From: an uncultured delta proteobacterium
GTDB taxonomy: Bacteria > Myxococcota_A > UBA9160 > SZUA-336
DNA: 64,000 bases
NCBI GenBank assembly: GCA_963704165.1
Contig: CAVPHD010000004.1
Location: forward strand, 288,001-352,000
Reading direction: 5' to 3'
Every line of letters begins with the position of its first letter. The stretch's first letter is position 1. The translations under genes were made by a program, and so were the position numbers. The notes beneath the pieces are model-generated. The model did no database searches, was not told the DNA's origin, and worked only from the letters and a program-made list of their open reading frames with translations. Positions 52,897 through 64,000 of this stretch are shown piece by piece.

Positions 52897-53236
52897 CCGA
52901 CGAGGCTTAGCGCGAGCGATCTGAACGCTTTCGAGGCGCTCGGGCGCCTCGGCTCCCGGGCCGTCGAGATCGACTGGAGCGCCGGTTCGTTCTGTTGTTC
53001 CGGCAGATCGACTCGCTGCACGTGGTCGTCGACGTCGGAGAAATCGCCGCGAGGAGCTCCGTCCCGTCGTCGAAGCGGAGTGTGACCCGCGCCTCCGGGT
53101 GATCCTGCTCGTGCCGCCCGGCAATGACCTCGGACTTCGGGCGCAGCTCAGCTCCAACAAACCGCGAGCACCCGCACACCGACTCGCGACGAACATCGCA
53201 TCGAGTCTTCGGGACGGCCGCGCCGAGCGGGGGTCG

Positions 53237-55030
53237 CTATCGGTCGAGCAGGTGATCGCGCTCCGCTGCGCGGAACACCCCGCGCAGGCGCTCGAAGTCG
53301 GCGGGCGTGAACCGCCGGTACGAGGTGTCACCCCGCTCCCGGAAGTACATCGGGTCGCTCACTCGACGCGGATCGAAGTGCACCTTCTTCAGGTTCCGAA
53401 CCAGCACCTTCTGCGTGCCGGTGTACTCGAAGTCCGGGACGATCCGCACGAAGTCGGGAAACCATTTCCGGTCCATGCCGCCGTCGCGGATCTGGCGCTC
53501 GCAGAACTCGAAGAACTCCTTCGGGTCGAAGGTCGCGCCCTCGCGAAGTTTGAGTGCTGCCATCAGAAGCTCGTCGGAGACCGCGCAGGGCACGCCGTAG
53601 GCCGCGGCGAGCGGCACGTCGGGGTGCTCGCCGAGCAGCCGCGCGACCTGCAGCGCGGAGAAGTTCTCCCCGTCCTTTCGGATCCAGTCGTCGGTACGCC
53701 CGTCGAAGAACAGGTAGCGCTTCGCGTTCCGCACGAGCACGTGCCCGAGATCGCCCGAGTGGTACACGCCATCGCGGTACTTGGACGTGTTCGCCTCGGG
53801 GTTGTCGAAGTAGCCCTGGAAGAGCCCCGTCTCGGGCGCGTGGCGGCAGATCTCGCCCACGGCGGCGTCGTAGTTCGTGATCTTCCCCTCGGCGTCGAGC
53901 TCGGCCGGCACGCACTCGCGGCCGCGCTCGTCGAGGATCTTGACGTTCGGGTCGGTGATCTCGCCGACGCTTCCACGCGGATCGCCCATTCGACGGAACG
54001 TGCTGATCGCGGCCTCCGTCGAGCCGTAGAGCTCGAACATGTCCTCGAGGCCCATCCACGCGACGAACTTGTCGATGTCGACCGGAGACGCTCCGTTGCC
54101 GATCGCGAAGCGCAGCCGGTTCTTCGGGTGCTCGGTCACCTCGCGCCGAATTCGCGCGAGATCGCCGCCGTGCTCCTTTTCGATCGCCGCGAGCACGTAG
54201 TGGACCGGTTCACCGACGTAGTTCCACATGCTGACTCCGTACTCGAGGCAGTCCGGAACGAAGCGGCTGCCGCTGAAGCGCTCGCGAAGTCCCATGCCAC
54301 CGCCCACCCAGAAGCACGGCATCAGTCCGACGAAGAGCGCGTTGGAGTGGAAGAGCGGCATGCACGCGTAGCCGATGTCGTCGCGGTGCAGGCCGGTGTT
54401 CATCGAAACGCCGACGCCCGTCGCGCAGAGCTTGAAGTGGTTGTTGTTGATGCCCTTGGGCAGGCCCGTCGTCCCGGAGGTGTAGATCACCATCAGGTTG
54501 GTCTCTGGCGTGACGGAGACGTCGGGGTAGGGCAGGGACTTCTCCGCCGGTCCGACTTCGCGATCGAGGGCGGCCCGGAACTCGGAGAGCGTGACGACGT
54601 TCTCGGCGGGAACCGTACGCAGGTCCGCGCGCACGCGCTCGACTTCGGGCATCAGCTTGTCGTCGACGACGAGCAGGCGGGCGCGCGCGTGATTGATGAC
54701 GCCCGCGAGGATCTCCCCGCGCAGGCCCGTGTTGATTCCGAAGAGCGTCGCGCCCGCGATGCCACAGCCACCGAAGAGCGCGACGAGCTCGAGGTGGTTC
54801 TCGAGCAGCATCGCGACGTGCGGTGGGCGCTTCTCGTCGCTCGGGCCGAGCCGTTGCAGCACGAAGTGCGCGACGCGCGTCGCCTCGTCGCGGAATCGAC
54901 GGTAGCTCCAGCGTCGCGCGTCGTGCATGAGGAAGATCTTCTCCGCGGAGTCGGGGTGCTCGGCGCGCACCCGGATCTGCTCGCGAAGGGTGAGTTCGGC
55001 CTGGGGAAAGGAGATCGGCGTCTGCGTCAT
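53237..55030 (-). CDS. AMP-binding acyl-CoA synthetase (FadD1/FadD17-like)
   Basis: IYTSGTTGLPK, MPLFHSNA, YGSTE, SGDLG, GRTDDWIRKDGEN, T.K. Confidence 0.93.
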   Translation of the reverse strand: MTQTPISFPQAELTLREQIRVRAEHPDSAEKIFLMHDARRWSYRRFRDEATRVAHFVLQRLGPSDEKRPPHVAMLLENHLELVALFGGCGIAGATLFGINTGLRGEILAGVINHARARLLVVDDKLMPEVERVRADLRTVPAENVVTLSEFRAALDREVGPAEKSLPYPDVSVTPETNLMVIYTSGTTGLPKGINNNHFKLCATGVGVSMNTGLHRDDIGYACMPLFHSNALFVGLMPCFWVGGGMGLRERFSGSRFVPDCLEYGVSMWNYVGEPVHYVLAAIEKEHGGDLARIRREVTEHPKNRLRFAIGNGASPVDIDKFVAWMGLEDMFELYGSTEAAISTFRRMGDPRGSVGEITDPNVKILDERGRECVPAELDAEGKITNYDAAVGEICRHAPETGLFQGYFDNPEANTSKYRDGVYHSGDLGHVLVRNAKRYLFFDGRTDDWIRKDGENFSALQVARLLGEHPDVPLAAAYGVPCAVSDELLMAALKLREGATFDPKEFFEFCERQIRDGGMDRKWFPDFVRIVPDFEYTGTQKVLVRNLKKVHFDPRRVSDPMYFRERGDTSYRRFTPADFERLRGVFRAAERDHLLDR

Positions 55031-55039
55031 GGGAGCGCG

Positions 55040-55054
55040 ATCTTACCGTAAGAT
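55040..55054. promoter_or_regulatory. Perfect palindrome ATCTTAC-C-GTAAGAT providing a TAAGAT -10 box on each strand
   Basis: Sits in the 30-bp gap between divergent ATGs 55030 and 55061 (9 and 6 nt from them). Confidence 0.65.
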
Positions 55055-55060
55055 GGGTGG

Positions 55061-55708
55061 ATGCCGAAAATCGATCGTCTGCTCGAGCTGATGGCCCGCT
55101 TGCGCGATCCGGACGGCGGTTGCCCGTGGGATCTCGCACAGAGCTTCGCGAGCATCGCGAAGTACACCGTCGAAGAAGCCTACGAAGTCGACGACGCGAT
55201 CCGGCGACAGGCCTGGCCGGAGCTCTGCGACGAGCTTGGAGATCTTCTGCTCCAGGTCGTCTTTCACGCGCAGATCGCGAGCGAAGCGGGCTTGTTCGCG
55301 TTCGACGACGTCGTGGACGCGATCTCGGCCAAGCTCGTGCGCAGGCACCCGAACGTCTTCGGCGACGCGCGCGTCGCGACCGCCGAAGAACAGGCGCGCG
55401 CCTGGGACGCGCACAAGGCGGCCGAGCGCGAAGCGCGCGGCGTGGATGATCTCGACGCCGTGCCGCGTGCGCTTCCCGCGCTGATGCAGGCCGCCAAGCT
55501 CGCGCGAAGAGCGGAGCGAGCGGGCCGCCTCGAACCGGCGGGTCGTGCCGTCCTTCCCGACCTCGGAGAAGCGGCCGTCGGCGACGCCCTCTTCGATCTC
55601 GCACGCGGCGCGGCGCTGCGCGGCATCGATCCGGAGGTCGTCCTGCGCGAGGCCTGCGAGCGCTTTCGCGCCCGGCACGCGCGCTACGGGCGGAATCTCC
55701 AGATCTGA
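55061..55708 (+). CDS. mazG: MazG family nucleoside triphosphate pyrophosphohydrolase (shortened second domain)
   Basis: LRDPDGGCPWD..Q, EEAYEV, ELGDLLLQVVFH, KLVRRHP.VF. Confidence 0.93.
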   Translation: MPKIDRLLELMARLRDPDGGCPWDLAQSFASIAKYTVEEAYEVDDAIRRQAWPELCDELGDLLLQVVFHAQIASEAGLFAFDDVVDAISAKLVRRHPNVFGDARVATAEEQARAWDAHKAAEREARGVDDLDAVPRALPALMQAAKLARRAERAGRLEPAGRAVLPDLGEAAVGDALFDLARGAALRGIDPEVVLREACERFRARHARYGRNLQI

Positions 55709-56790
55709 TAGGGCGCCTCCGAAGCGATCTCCGCCGGGCTCTTCAAGATCACTTGGTGCAAGGCGCTGCACGTCAGGTAGAGCCAACCGTCGGGAGCGAA
55801 TGCGAATCCGTCGGGCCAGCGCAGACGTTCGTCCACAAGGAGCGTGCGGAGCTCACGGTTCTGGCCGAGCGCGATGACTGCGGAGTGCTCGATGTCGGAG
55901 AGATAGAGCGTGCCGTCGGCGTCGATCGCGATGCCGTCGCTCATGGTCTTCTCCGCGAAGCGTTCGACTCGCGAGGCGAGCTCGCGCCAGGGCATGCGCG
56001 GATCGTGCAGGTCGGCAGTACGCACGCGGTAGATGTGATTGGCGGTCACGGCTGCGAAGTAGAGCCACTCGCCTGCGTCATCGAGCGCGATCGAATCGAC
56101 GCCCGGGCGAATGGTGAAGAGTCCGAAGAACTCCATCCGCGTGCCCTGTACGACCGGAGCGTAGTCCTCGGCCAACACGGATTCGTGGCCGTCGAGCACG
56201 CGATGCGCGCGTTGTGCCGAAACGTCGTAGACCACGACCGCGGGGAGCAGCGCGAACAGGCTCGCGTCCGCGATGTAGACGTGCTTCCCATCGGGTGAGA
56301 CCTGGAAGTCGTTCAGCATCGAGCCGCGCAGCGCGATCTTGTTCGGGAAATCGTGACGGTGGACGAGCGCTCCGGTCTCGAGGTCGAAGGCGAGCAGGCG
56401 CGCGGTACCGAAGCCGTAGCGTCCGTGGTCGAGCACCCAGAGCCGGTTCTTCCGATCGGCGCGGATCGAGAGCACGGTCTGATGGACGAGTTCCCCCGGG
56501 AGCCCTGCGGGCGGATAGGCGACCGGCTGGCCGTCGACGAGCTCGAACACCGATACGGGTGGACTTCCCTCCGGATGGAACGTCGCGAAGACGCGACCCG
56601 TCGGTGACACCGTGATGTTCCCCGGTGGGTGTGGGAGATCCGCGACGAGTTCGAGCACGTCGGATCCGAGCGAGGGTTCAGAGCTTCGATCCGGGAACGC
56701 CGCGCCGCCGCCGTAGCGCGCGCGCACCCCCGCGAGGACGAGCGCCGCGAGGGCGAGCAGCAGAACCAGAGCGTATCGAGCGATCCGCAC
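55684..56790 (-). CDS. Yellow/major royal jelly protein-like beta-propeller protein
   Basis: N-terminal TM/signal, PGN..V..GR.F, RLWVLD.G, YIAD, G.D.IAL, SDG...D..G.LY, L.WPDG. Confidence 0.82.
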   Translation of the reverse strand: MRIARYALVLLLALAALVLAGVRARYGGGAAFPDRSSEPSLGSDVLELVADLPHPPGNITVSPTGRVFATFHPEGSPPVSVFELVDGQPVAYPPAGLPGELVHQTVLSIRADRKNRLWVLDHGRYGFGTARLLAFDLETGALVHRHDFPNKIALRGSMLNDFQVSPDGKHVYIADASLFALLPAVVVYDVSAQRAHRVLDGHESVLAEDYAPVVQGTRMEFFGLFTIRPGVDSIALDDAGEWLYFAAVTANHIYRVRTADLHDPRMPWRELASRVERFAEKTMSDGIAIDADGTLYLSDIEHSAVIALGQNRELRTLLVDERLRWPDGFAFAPDGWLYLTCSALHQVILKSPAEIASEAPYQIWRFRP

Positions 56791-56984
56791 TCGCCGAGGC
56801 TAGCACCCGCCCAAAGAAGTCTCGCGGCGAGAGCGCCACCTTTCGCGCGCCGGGACGACGATAGAGACAGATGGTTTCGACATCGCGACCGCAAGAGATG
56901 CTCACGAGAGGGAACGGGATCCGAGTTCCGCAAGGAGCGCTGGGCCCAAAGTAGTCCCGCGCGGGCCGGGAAGGCTCCAGCTTC

Positions 56985-59248
<2,264 letters not shown>

Positions 59249-59252
<4 letters not shown>

Positions 59253-59608
59253 TCCGGCTCGGCTCCCGCGCGCAGAGGATAGCCGCGTTCCTCGGCCAGG
59301 CGATGGACCTGCGCGACCTTGGTCTCGGCGATCTCGAGCACGTACACGCCGCCGACACCCATTCCCGAGCGGTGGATCTGCAGCATCAACGCGGTGGCTT
59401 CCGACGGGCTCTTGCCGAAGACGTTCTCGAGCAGGTGTACGACGAACTCCATCGGTGTGTAGTTGTCGTTGTAGAGCAGCACTTTGAAGCGCGGTGGGCG
59501 CTCGACCTTGGGCTTCTCGCGTGTCGCGACGCCGCGGTCGCGATCACGCTCGACGTCCGGCTTGTCTCGCGGCACGCCCGTGGGCGGCTTCTTCGGCTCG
59601 TCCGGCAT
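59249..59608 (-). CDS. clpS: Clp protease adaptor ClpS
   Basis: KVLLYNDNYTPMEFVV, ML.IH..G.G, EIAETKV, YPL; ATGA coupled to clpA. Confidence 0.95.
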
Positions 59609-59656
59609 CGTCGGCAGGATAACCGAGCGGGCGGGCTCAAGGTACACTGCGCCCGG

Positions 59657-60796
59657 ATGGTCGAGATCGAATGCCTCTCCGGCGTGCGTGAGCTCCCTGC
59701 GTCGGAGTGGAACGCGCTCGTCGGCGACGGCTCGCCCTTTCTGGAGTGGGAGTTCCTCGCCTCGCTCGAGGAGGCTGGCTGCGTCGGCGGCCGAAGCGGA
59801 TGGGCGCCGCGCCCGCTCGTCGCGCGCGAGAACGGACGGCTCGTCGCGGCCGCGCCGCTCTATCTGAAGGAACACAGCGAGGGTGAATTCGTCTTCGATT
59901 GGGGCTGGGCGGATGCGGCGGAGCGCGCGGGGATCTCGTACTACCCGAAGATGCTGGTCGCCGTGCCGTTCACGCCGGCGGCCGGCGAGCGATTTCTCGT
60001 CGCCGAGGGCGCCGACCGGCCCGTCTGGACCGAGCGCCTCGCCGCCGCGCTGCTCGAGGTGTGTCGGCAGGGCGAGTTCTCGGGAATTCACGTCAACTTC
60101 TGCCGCGAGAGCGACGTCGAACCCCTGCGCGCGCAGGGCTTCGAGCTGCGCGTCGGCGTGCAGTACCAGTGGCGAAATGACGGCTATCGGGATTCGTCGG
60201 ATTGGCTCGCGCGCTTTCGCAGCAAGCGCCGAAATCAGATCAAGCGCGAGCGCCGAGAGGTGGCCGAGTCGGGCGTCGTGATCGAGACGTTCGCGGGCGA
60301 GTCGATTCCCGACGATCTCTTCGAGCCGATGTTCCGCTTCTATCTGGCGACGGTCCGCGGCCGGGTCTGGGGCCGGCAGTACCTGAATCGGCGCTTTTTC
60401 GAGCTCCTGCGCGAGCGTTTCAAGCACCGACTCTGTTTCATCGTCGCGCGCGCGGGAGACGAATTGATCGCCGGGACTTTCAACGTGCAGAAGGGCGACA
60501 CGCTCTGGGGTCGCTACTGGGGCGCGACGCGCGAGATCCGGAATCTGCACTTCGAGGTCTGCTACTACGCCGCGGTCGAGCATTGCATCGCGAACGGACT
60601 GGCGCGTTTCGAGCCGGGCGCGGGCGGCGACTACAAGCAGATGCGCGGCTTCGACGGCGAGCCGACCTACAGCCTGCACTGGCTCGCGGAGCCGCGCCTG
60701 CGGGAAGCGGTGCGTCGCTTCCTCGCCGAGGAGCGCAAACACACGCTCGGCGGCATCGAGTGGTTGCGCGAGCACAGCGCGCTGAAGCTCTCCTAG
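59657..60796 (+). CDS. FemAB-like / DUF482 GNAT-fold protein
   Basis: PLYLK.HS.GEFVFDWGWA, YYPK..AVPFTP, RR.QI.RER, GRYWG, LHFEVCYY, FEPGAGG. Confidence 0.92.
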   Translation: MVEIECLSGVRELPASEWNALVGDGSPFLEWEFLASLEEAGCVGGRSGWAPRPLVARENGRLVAAAPLYLKEHSEGEFVFDWGWADAAERAGISYYPKMLVAVPFTPAAGERFLVAEGADRPVWTERLAAALLEVCRQGEFSGIHVNFCRESDVEPLRAQGFELRVGVQYQWRNDGYRDSSDWLARFRSKRRNQIKRERREVAESGVVIETFAGESIPDDLFEPMFRFYLATVRGRVWGRQYLNRRFFELLRERFKHRLCFIVARAGDELIAGTFNVQKGDTLWGRYWGATREIRNLHFEVCYYAAVEHCIANGLARFEPGAGGDYKQMRGFDGEPTYSLHWLAEPRLREAVRRFLAEERKHTLGGIEWLREHSALKLS

Positions 60797-60804
60797 AGCT
60801 GCAC

Positions 60805-61656
60805 GTGGGACTCGATCCATTCGTCGCCTCGATGGTCCTCCTCGCCGCGATCCTGCACGCGGGCTGGAACGCGCTCACGAAGTCGAGCAGCGATCGCACG
60901 CTGACGCTCGCGGTCTTGCTCGGCACCTGCTCGCTGATCGGCGCGATCGCCTGCTTCTTCGTTCCCGTCCCGGATCCGGCCGCATGGAGCTACCTGGGTG
61001 TGTCGATCGTCTTCCACGCGCTCTATCAGATCTTCCTGCTTCAGGCCTACCGATTCGGCGATCTCTCACACGTCTATCCGATCGCGCGTGGCCTGGCGCC
61101 GGTCCTCGTCGCTCTGCTCGCCGCGCTCTTTGCCGGAGAGATGCCGGGATTCGTGCAAGGGCTCGGGCTCGCCGTGGCCTCGTTGTCGATTGCGAGCCTC
61201 GCGCTCGAGCCTCGGACGCTCGGTCCCGGTGCGACTCGCAGCGTCGTAGCCGCGCTGGTGACGGCGGCGATGATCGGCACGTACACGTTCATCGACGGGC
61301 AGGGCGTGCGGCGCGCCGGGACTTCCTTTTCCTACATCGCCTGGAACATGTGGCTCACGTCCATTCCGATGTTCTCGTTCGTGGTGCTGCGCCGTCGTGC
61401 GCGACTGCGCGCGATCCTCGGCAGCGTCGAGGGAGCGAAGGCCGTGGCTGGCGGTGTGGTCGCTGCGCTCGGGTACGGGATCGTGCTCTGGGCGATGGAC
61501 GGCGGCGCGATGGCGAGCGTCGCTGCGCTGCGTGAGACGAGCGTCGTCTTCGCCGCGCTGATCGGAACGGTGCTGCTCGGCGAGGCGTTCGGATCGCGGC
61601 GCATCGTCGCGGCCATCGGTGTCGCCCTCGGCGTGATCCTGCTGCAGTCCGGGTGA
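60805..61656 (+). CDS. EamA/DMT family transporter
   Basis: LLAAILHAGWN, GDLS.VYPIARG, YT..DG.GVR, ALRETSVVFA. Confidence 0.92.
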   Translation: MGLDPFVASMVLLAAILHAGWNALTKSSSDRTLTLAVLLGTCSLIGAIACFFVPVPDPAAWSYLGVSIVFHALYQIFLLQAYRFGDLSHVYPIARGLAPVLVALLAALFAGEMPGFVQGLGLAVASLSIASLALEPRTLGPGATRSVVAALVTAAMIGTYTFIDGQGVRRAGTSFSYIAWNMWLTSIPMFSFVVLRRRARLRAILGSVEGAKAVAGGVVAALGYGIVLWAMDGGAMASVAALRETSVVFAALIGTVLLGEAFGSRRIVAAIGVALGVILLQSG

Positions 61657-61722
61657 CGGCGTGCAGAGCCACGGGACGACGCGTGTCGCCGCGTGGTAGA
61701 AGTTCGCTTCGGGAGGAGCACG

Positions 61723-62451
61723 ATGGAAATTCGAAGCCGTATTGGGATGTCCGTGATCGCGCTCGTCGCCGTTGCGGCGTGTGCGAAGATCCAGATCTCG
61801 GACCGGAAGATCCTGGTCGATGAGCAGGCGGCGCGGCCGCATCACATCTTCGTATATGACTTCGTGGCGACTCCCGAGGACCTTCCGTCGACGTCTTCGC
61901 TCGCGGGACTGACTTCGGAGTCGAGCTCGCCGCAAACGCCCGAACAGGTCGCTCTCGGTCGAGAGGTCGGCGCCGAGGTCGCAAAGGCTCTCGTCGCGGA
62001 GATCGACGCGATGGGCTTACCGGGCGAGGAGGTGTCGGGGGAGCCGGCGCTCGAGGTCGACGATCTCGTCATCCGGGGAACTCTGCTCTCCGTCGTCGAG
62101 GGGAGTGCGACCGAGCGCGTCGCGGTCGGCATGGGCGTTGGCGCCGCCGAACTCAGAGTCGCCGTCGAGGGGTTCCAGATGACGCCGGACGGACTTCGCG
62201 CTGTCGGATCGGGCACGCTCGATACCAGCGCCGGGAAGTCTCCCGGTGCGGTCGTCCCGCTCGCCGTCGCGCTTGCGACCAAGAACCCGCTGGGCCTGAT
62301 CGTGAGCACGGGCGTGAAGCTGCACGGCGAGCAGACCGGAAGCAGCACGATCCACGGCAAGGCCAAGGACATCGCGAAGGAGATCGCCGATCAGCTCCGA
62401 CCGAAGTTCGAAGCCCAAGGCTGGATCCCGCGGTCGGAGACCTCGCCCTAG
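61723..62451 (+). CDS. DUF4410-like lipoprotein
   Basis: VAAC lipobox, I.VYDF, EG....RVAVG.G.GA, K.PG; GGAGGAG SD before ATG 61723. Confidence 0.75.
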   Translation: MEIRSRIGMSVIALVAVAACAKIQISDRKILVDEQAARPHHIFVYDFVATPEDLPSTSSLAGLTSESSSPQTPEQVALGREVGAEVAKALVAEIDAMGLPGEEVSGEPALEVDDLVIRGTLLSVVEGSATERVAVGMGVGAAELRVAVEGFQMTPDGLRAVGSGTLDTSAGKSPGAVVPLAVALATKNPLGLIVSTGVKLHGEQTGSSTIHGKAKDIAKEIADQLRPKFEAQGWIPRSETSP

Positions 62452-62460
62452 CGCCGACTC

Positions 62461-63216
62461 TCAGGCCGTCTTCGCGATCGACCGAGCCTCGGACGGCAGC
62501 TCCGCGGCGATGAGCGCGCGAACGCGATCGGAGAGTTCTTCGACCGAAAGGTTCGCGAAGCCCGCGGGCTCGATCGCGTCGAGCACGCGGACGTGGATTG
62601 GATGCTTCCCCTGGAGCAGATAGCCGCGCTTGGGAAGCGCACGCGACGTGCCGTCGAGGACGATCGGCACGATCGGGCTGCGCGTGCGCTTCGCGAGCTC
62701 GAACGCGCCGGGTTTGAAGGTGCGCATACGACCGTCCACGGAGCGCGTGCCCTCGGGAAAGATCATCACCGAGCTTCCGCCGGCGAGCGCGGATTCGCAG
62801 TCACGCATCATCTGCACGACGCTCTCGCGTTTCCCTCGCACCAGCTTGATGTACCGATTCAGCGTCATGTTCCAGCCGATCAGCGGCACGCGGAAGTTCT
62901 CGATCTTCGAGACCCACTTGAAGTGCGTGAAGAGTCGGAAGAGCACCAGGATGTCGACCAGCGACTGGTGGTTCGAGACCAGAACGCAGGCCGTGTCACG
63001 CGGAATGTTCTCGCGGCCTTCGATCGTGACCGGCCAGGCCGGATTGAGCTGCGTGTAGAGCGACGCCCAGAAACAGGTGAACCGGTGTAGAGCGACGAGC
63101 CGTCGATCGAAGGCAACCGTGGCCGCCCAGATCAGAACCGCAAACGGAAAGAGCAGGACCGACGACAGGACGAGAAACGTCCAGAACGAGAGTGACAGGA
63201 CGTGAAGGGCCAGCAC
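62461..63216 (-). CDS. 1-acyl-sn-glycerol-3-phosphate acyltransferase family protein (PlsC-like)
   Basis: NHQSLVD (HX4D), FPEGTRS, FK.GAF, PIVP. Confidence 0.93.
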   Translation of the reverse strand: MLALHVLSLSFWTFLVLSSVLLFPFAVLIWAATVAFDRRLVALHRFTCFWASLYTQLNPAWPVTIEGRENIPRDTACVLVSNHQSLVDILVLFRLFTHFKWVSKIENFRVPLIGWNMTLNRYIKLVRGKRESVVQMMRDCESALAGGSSVMIFPEGTRSVDGRMRTFKPGAFELAKRTRSPIVPIVLDGTSRALPKRGYLLQGKHPIHVRVLDAIEPAGFANLSVEELSDRVRALIAAELPSEARSIAKTA

Positions 63217-63325
63217 GGCGTCATTCTCCCGCTTTCCGGGTCGGCTGAAAAGCGGAACTGCCTTCAGGTACCCTGCTCGAGGTCGGATCCGATCCGAAGA
63301 GAGATCCGCGGAGGTCGCCAAGGCG

Positions 63326-63886
63326 ATGGCCGAGCTCAAAGTCAGCTTCACTCTCGGCGAGCGCGACCTGCGTCACTTCCGGCGAGAGATCGCGCGCGCG
63401 ATGGGGAGGGTCGACCGGGCCAAGGAGGATCAGATCACCGCCGCGGCCGTGGCCCTGATTGCGCGCGCGCGGGCGGTCGAGCCGCCCGACTACGTTCTCG
63501 ACCGTCTCGACCGCCTCGAGCGAATCGTGCAGATGACCTACGACTCGGAGTGGAGGCTACCGCGCCCGGTCAAGACCCGGATTCTCGCCGCGCTGTCCTA
63601 CCTCGCGGACCCCAACGACATCATTCCGGACACGGTTCCCGGACTCGGTTTCCTCGACGACGCGATCATGATCGAACTCGTCAGCGAGCAGCTCCGCCAC
63701 GAACTCGAGGCGTATCTCGACTTCTGCGATTTCCGACGGAACGACGATCGCAACGTCTTTCACCGCCAGGGGAAGATCTCTCGAGACGAGCGCCTCGCGA
63801 GAAAGCGCGAGGCGCTGCGAGAACGCGTCGCCGCACGCGAACAGGTGACGCCGAAGCGGAGATCGAAGCGGTTGCGCCTCTGGTGA
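63326..63886 (+). CDS. DUF1232/YkvA family protein
   Basis: ALSYL.DP.DIIPD..PGLGFLDDA. Confidence 0.85.
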   Translation: MAELKVSFTLGERDLRHFRREIARAMGRVDRAKEDQITAAAVALIARARAVEPPDYVLDRLDRLERIVQMTYDSEWRLPRPVKTRILAALSYLADPNDIIPDTVPGLGFLDDAIMIELVSEQLRHELEAYLDFCDFRRNDDRNVFHRQGKISRDERLARKREALRERVAAREQVTPKRRSKRLRLW

Positions 63887-63906
63887 CGGTCGCGCTCCGG
63901 CTGGAT

Positions 63907-64000
63907 TCAACCCCCGTCCGGAAGGCGCTCCGCGATGATCGTTCCCTGATTCTTCGAGTCGCTCTGGAGCGCCTCGATTGCGGGCAGCTTGTCGAGAAGT
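63907..64000 (-). CDS. C-terminal end of a CDS entering from beyond the window
   Basis: Open minus frame LLDKLPAIEALQSDSKNQGTIIAERLPDGG-stop; too short to identify. Confidence 0.45.
   Translation of the reverse strand, partial: LLDKLPAIEALQSDSKNQGTIIAERLPDGG

Noticed and set aside
56803..56984. About 180-bp intergenic region after clpA as a possible ncRNA or terminator
   Set aside because: Only weak GC hairpins, no U-tract and no recognisable RNA family motif

Overview
High-GC, diderm bacterial chromosome segment. lpxD, a beta-barrel porin and a ccsA-hemA-hemC-cobA/hemD-hemB gene order point to a Myxococcota/deltaproteobacterial-type lineage (inference). The window is almost fully coding (about 60 genes); I found no rRNA, tRNA, CRISPR array, transposase or phage genes. 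Contents in order: mreBCD-mrdA-rodA elongasome operon; HAD hydrolase; thioredoxin; a macrodomain-headed heme operon ending in a metzincin lipoprotein; LLM/ABC1-kinase/membrane cluster; MATE, aldehyde dehydrogenase, lpxD, rnhB, cysK, TetR; acpP-fabH; eukaryote-type UDP-sugar pyrophosphorylase; polA; ECF sigma/anti-sigma/accessory triad; nitroreductase-paired acyl-CoA dehydrogenases-diiron protein; a porin/FMN-binding protein/His-rich membrane protein/ApbE operon behind a Fur-like box; TetR-RND efflux; aminotransferase; an MFE-2/SCPx-like beta-oxidation operon; MATE, msrB, acyl-CoA synthetase, mazG, yellow/MRJP-like protein, clpS-clpA, FemAB-like GNAT, EamA, DUF4410-like lipoprotein and an acyltransferase. 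The best candidate for an undescribed system is the apparently iron-regulated porin-flavinylation operon (37165-40667). Other notable signals: at least nine genes with a TAnnnT -10 box 6-9 nt before an SD-less start codon (leaderless architecture), a probable CTG-initiated TetR, and seven frameshifts confined to the first 16 kb that are most likely consensus errors. All product calls come from motif recognition by eye; no database searches were run.
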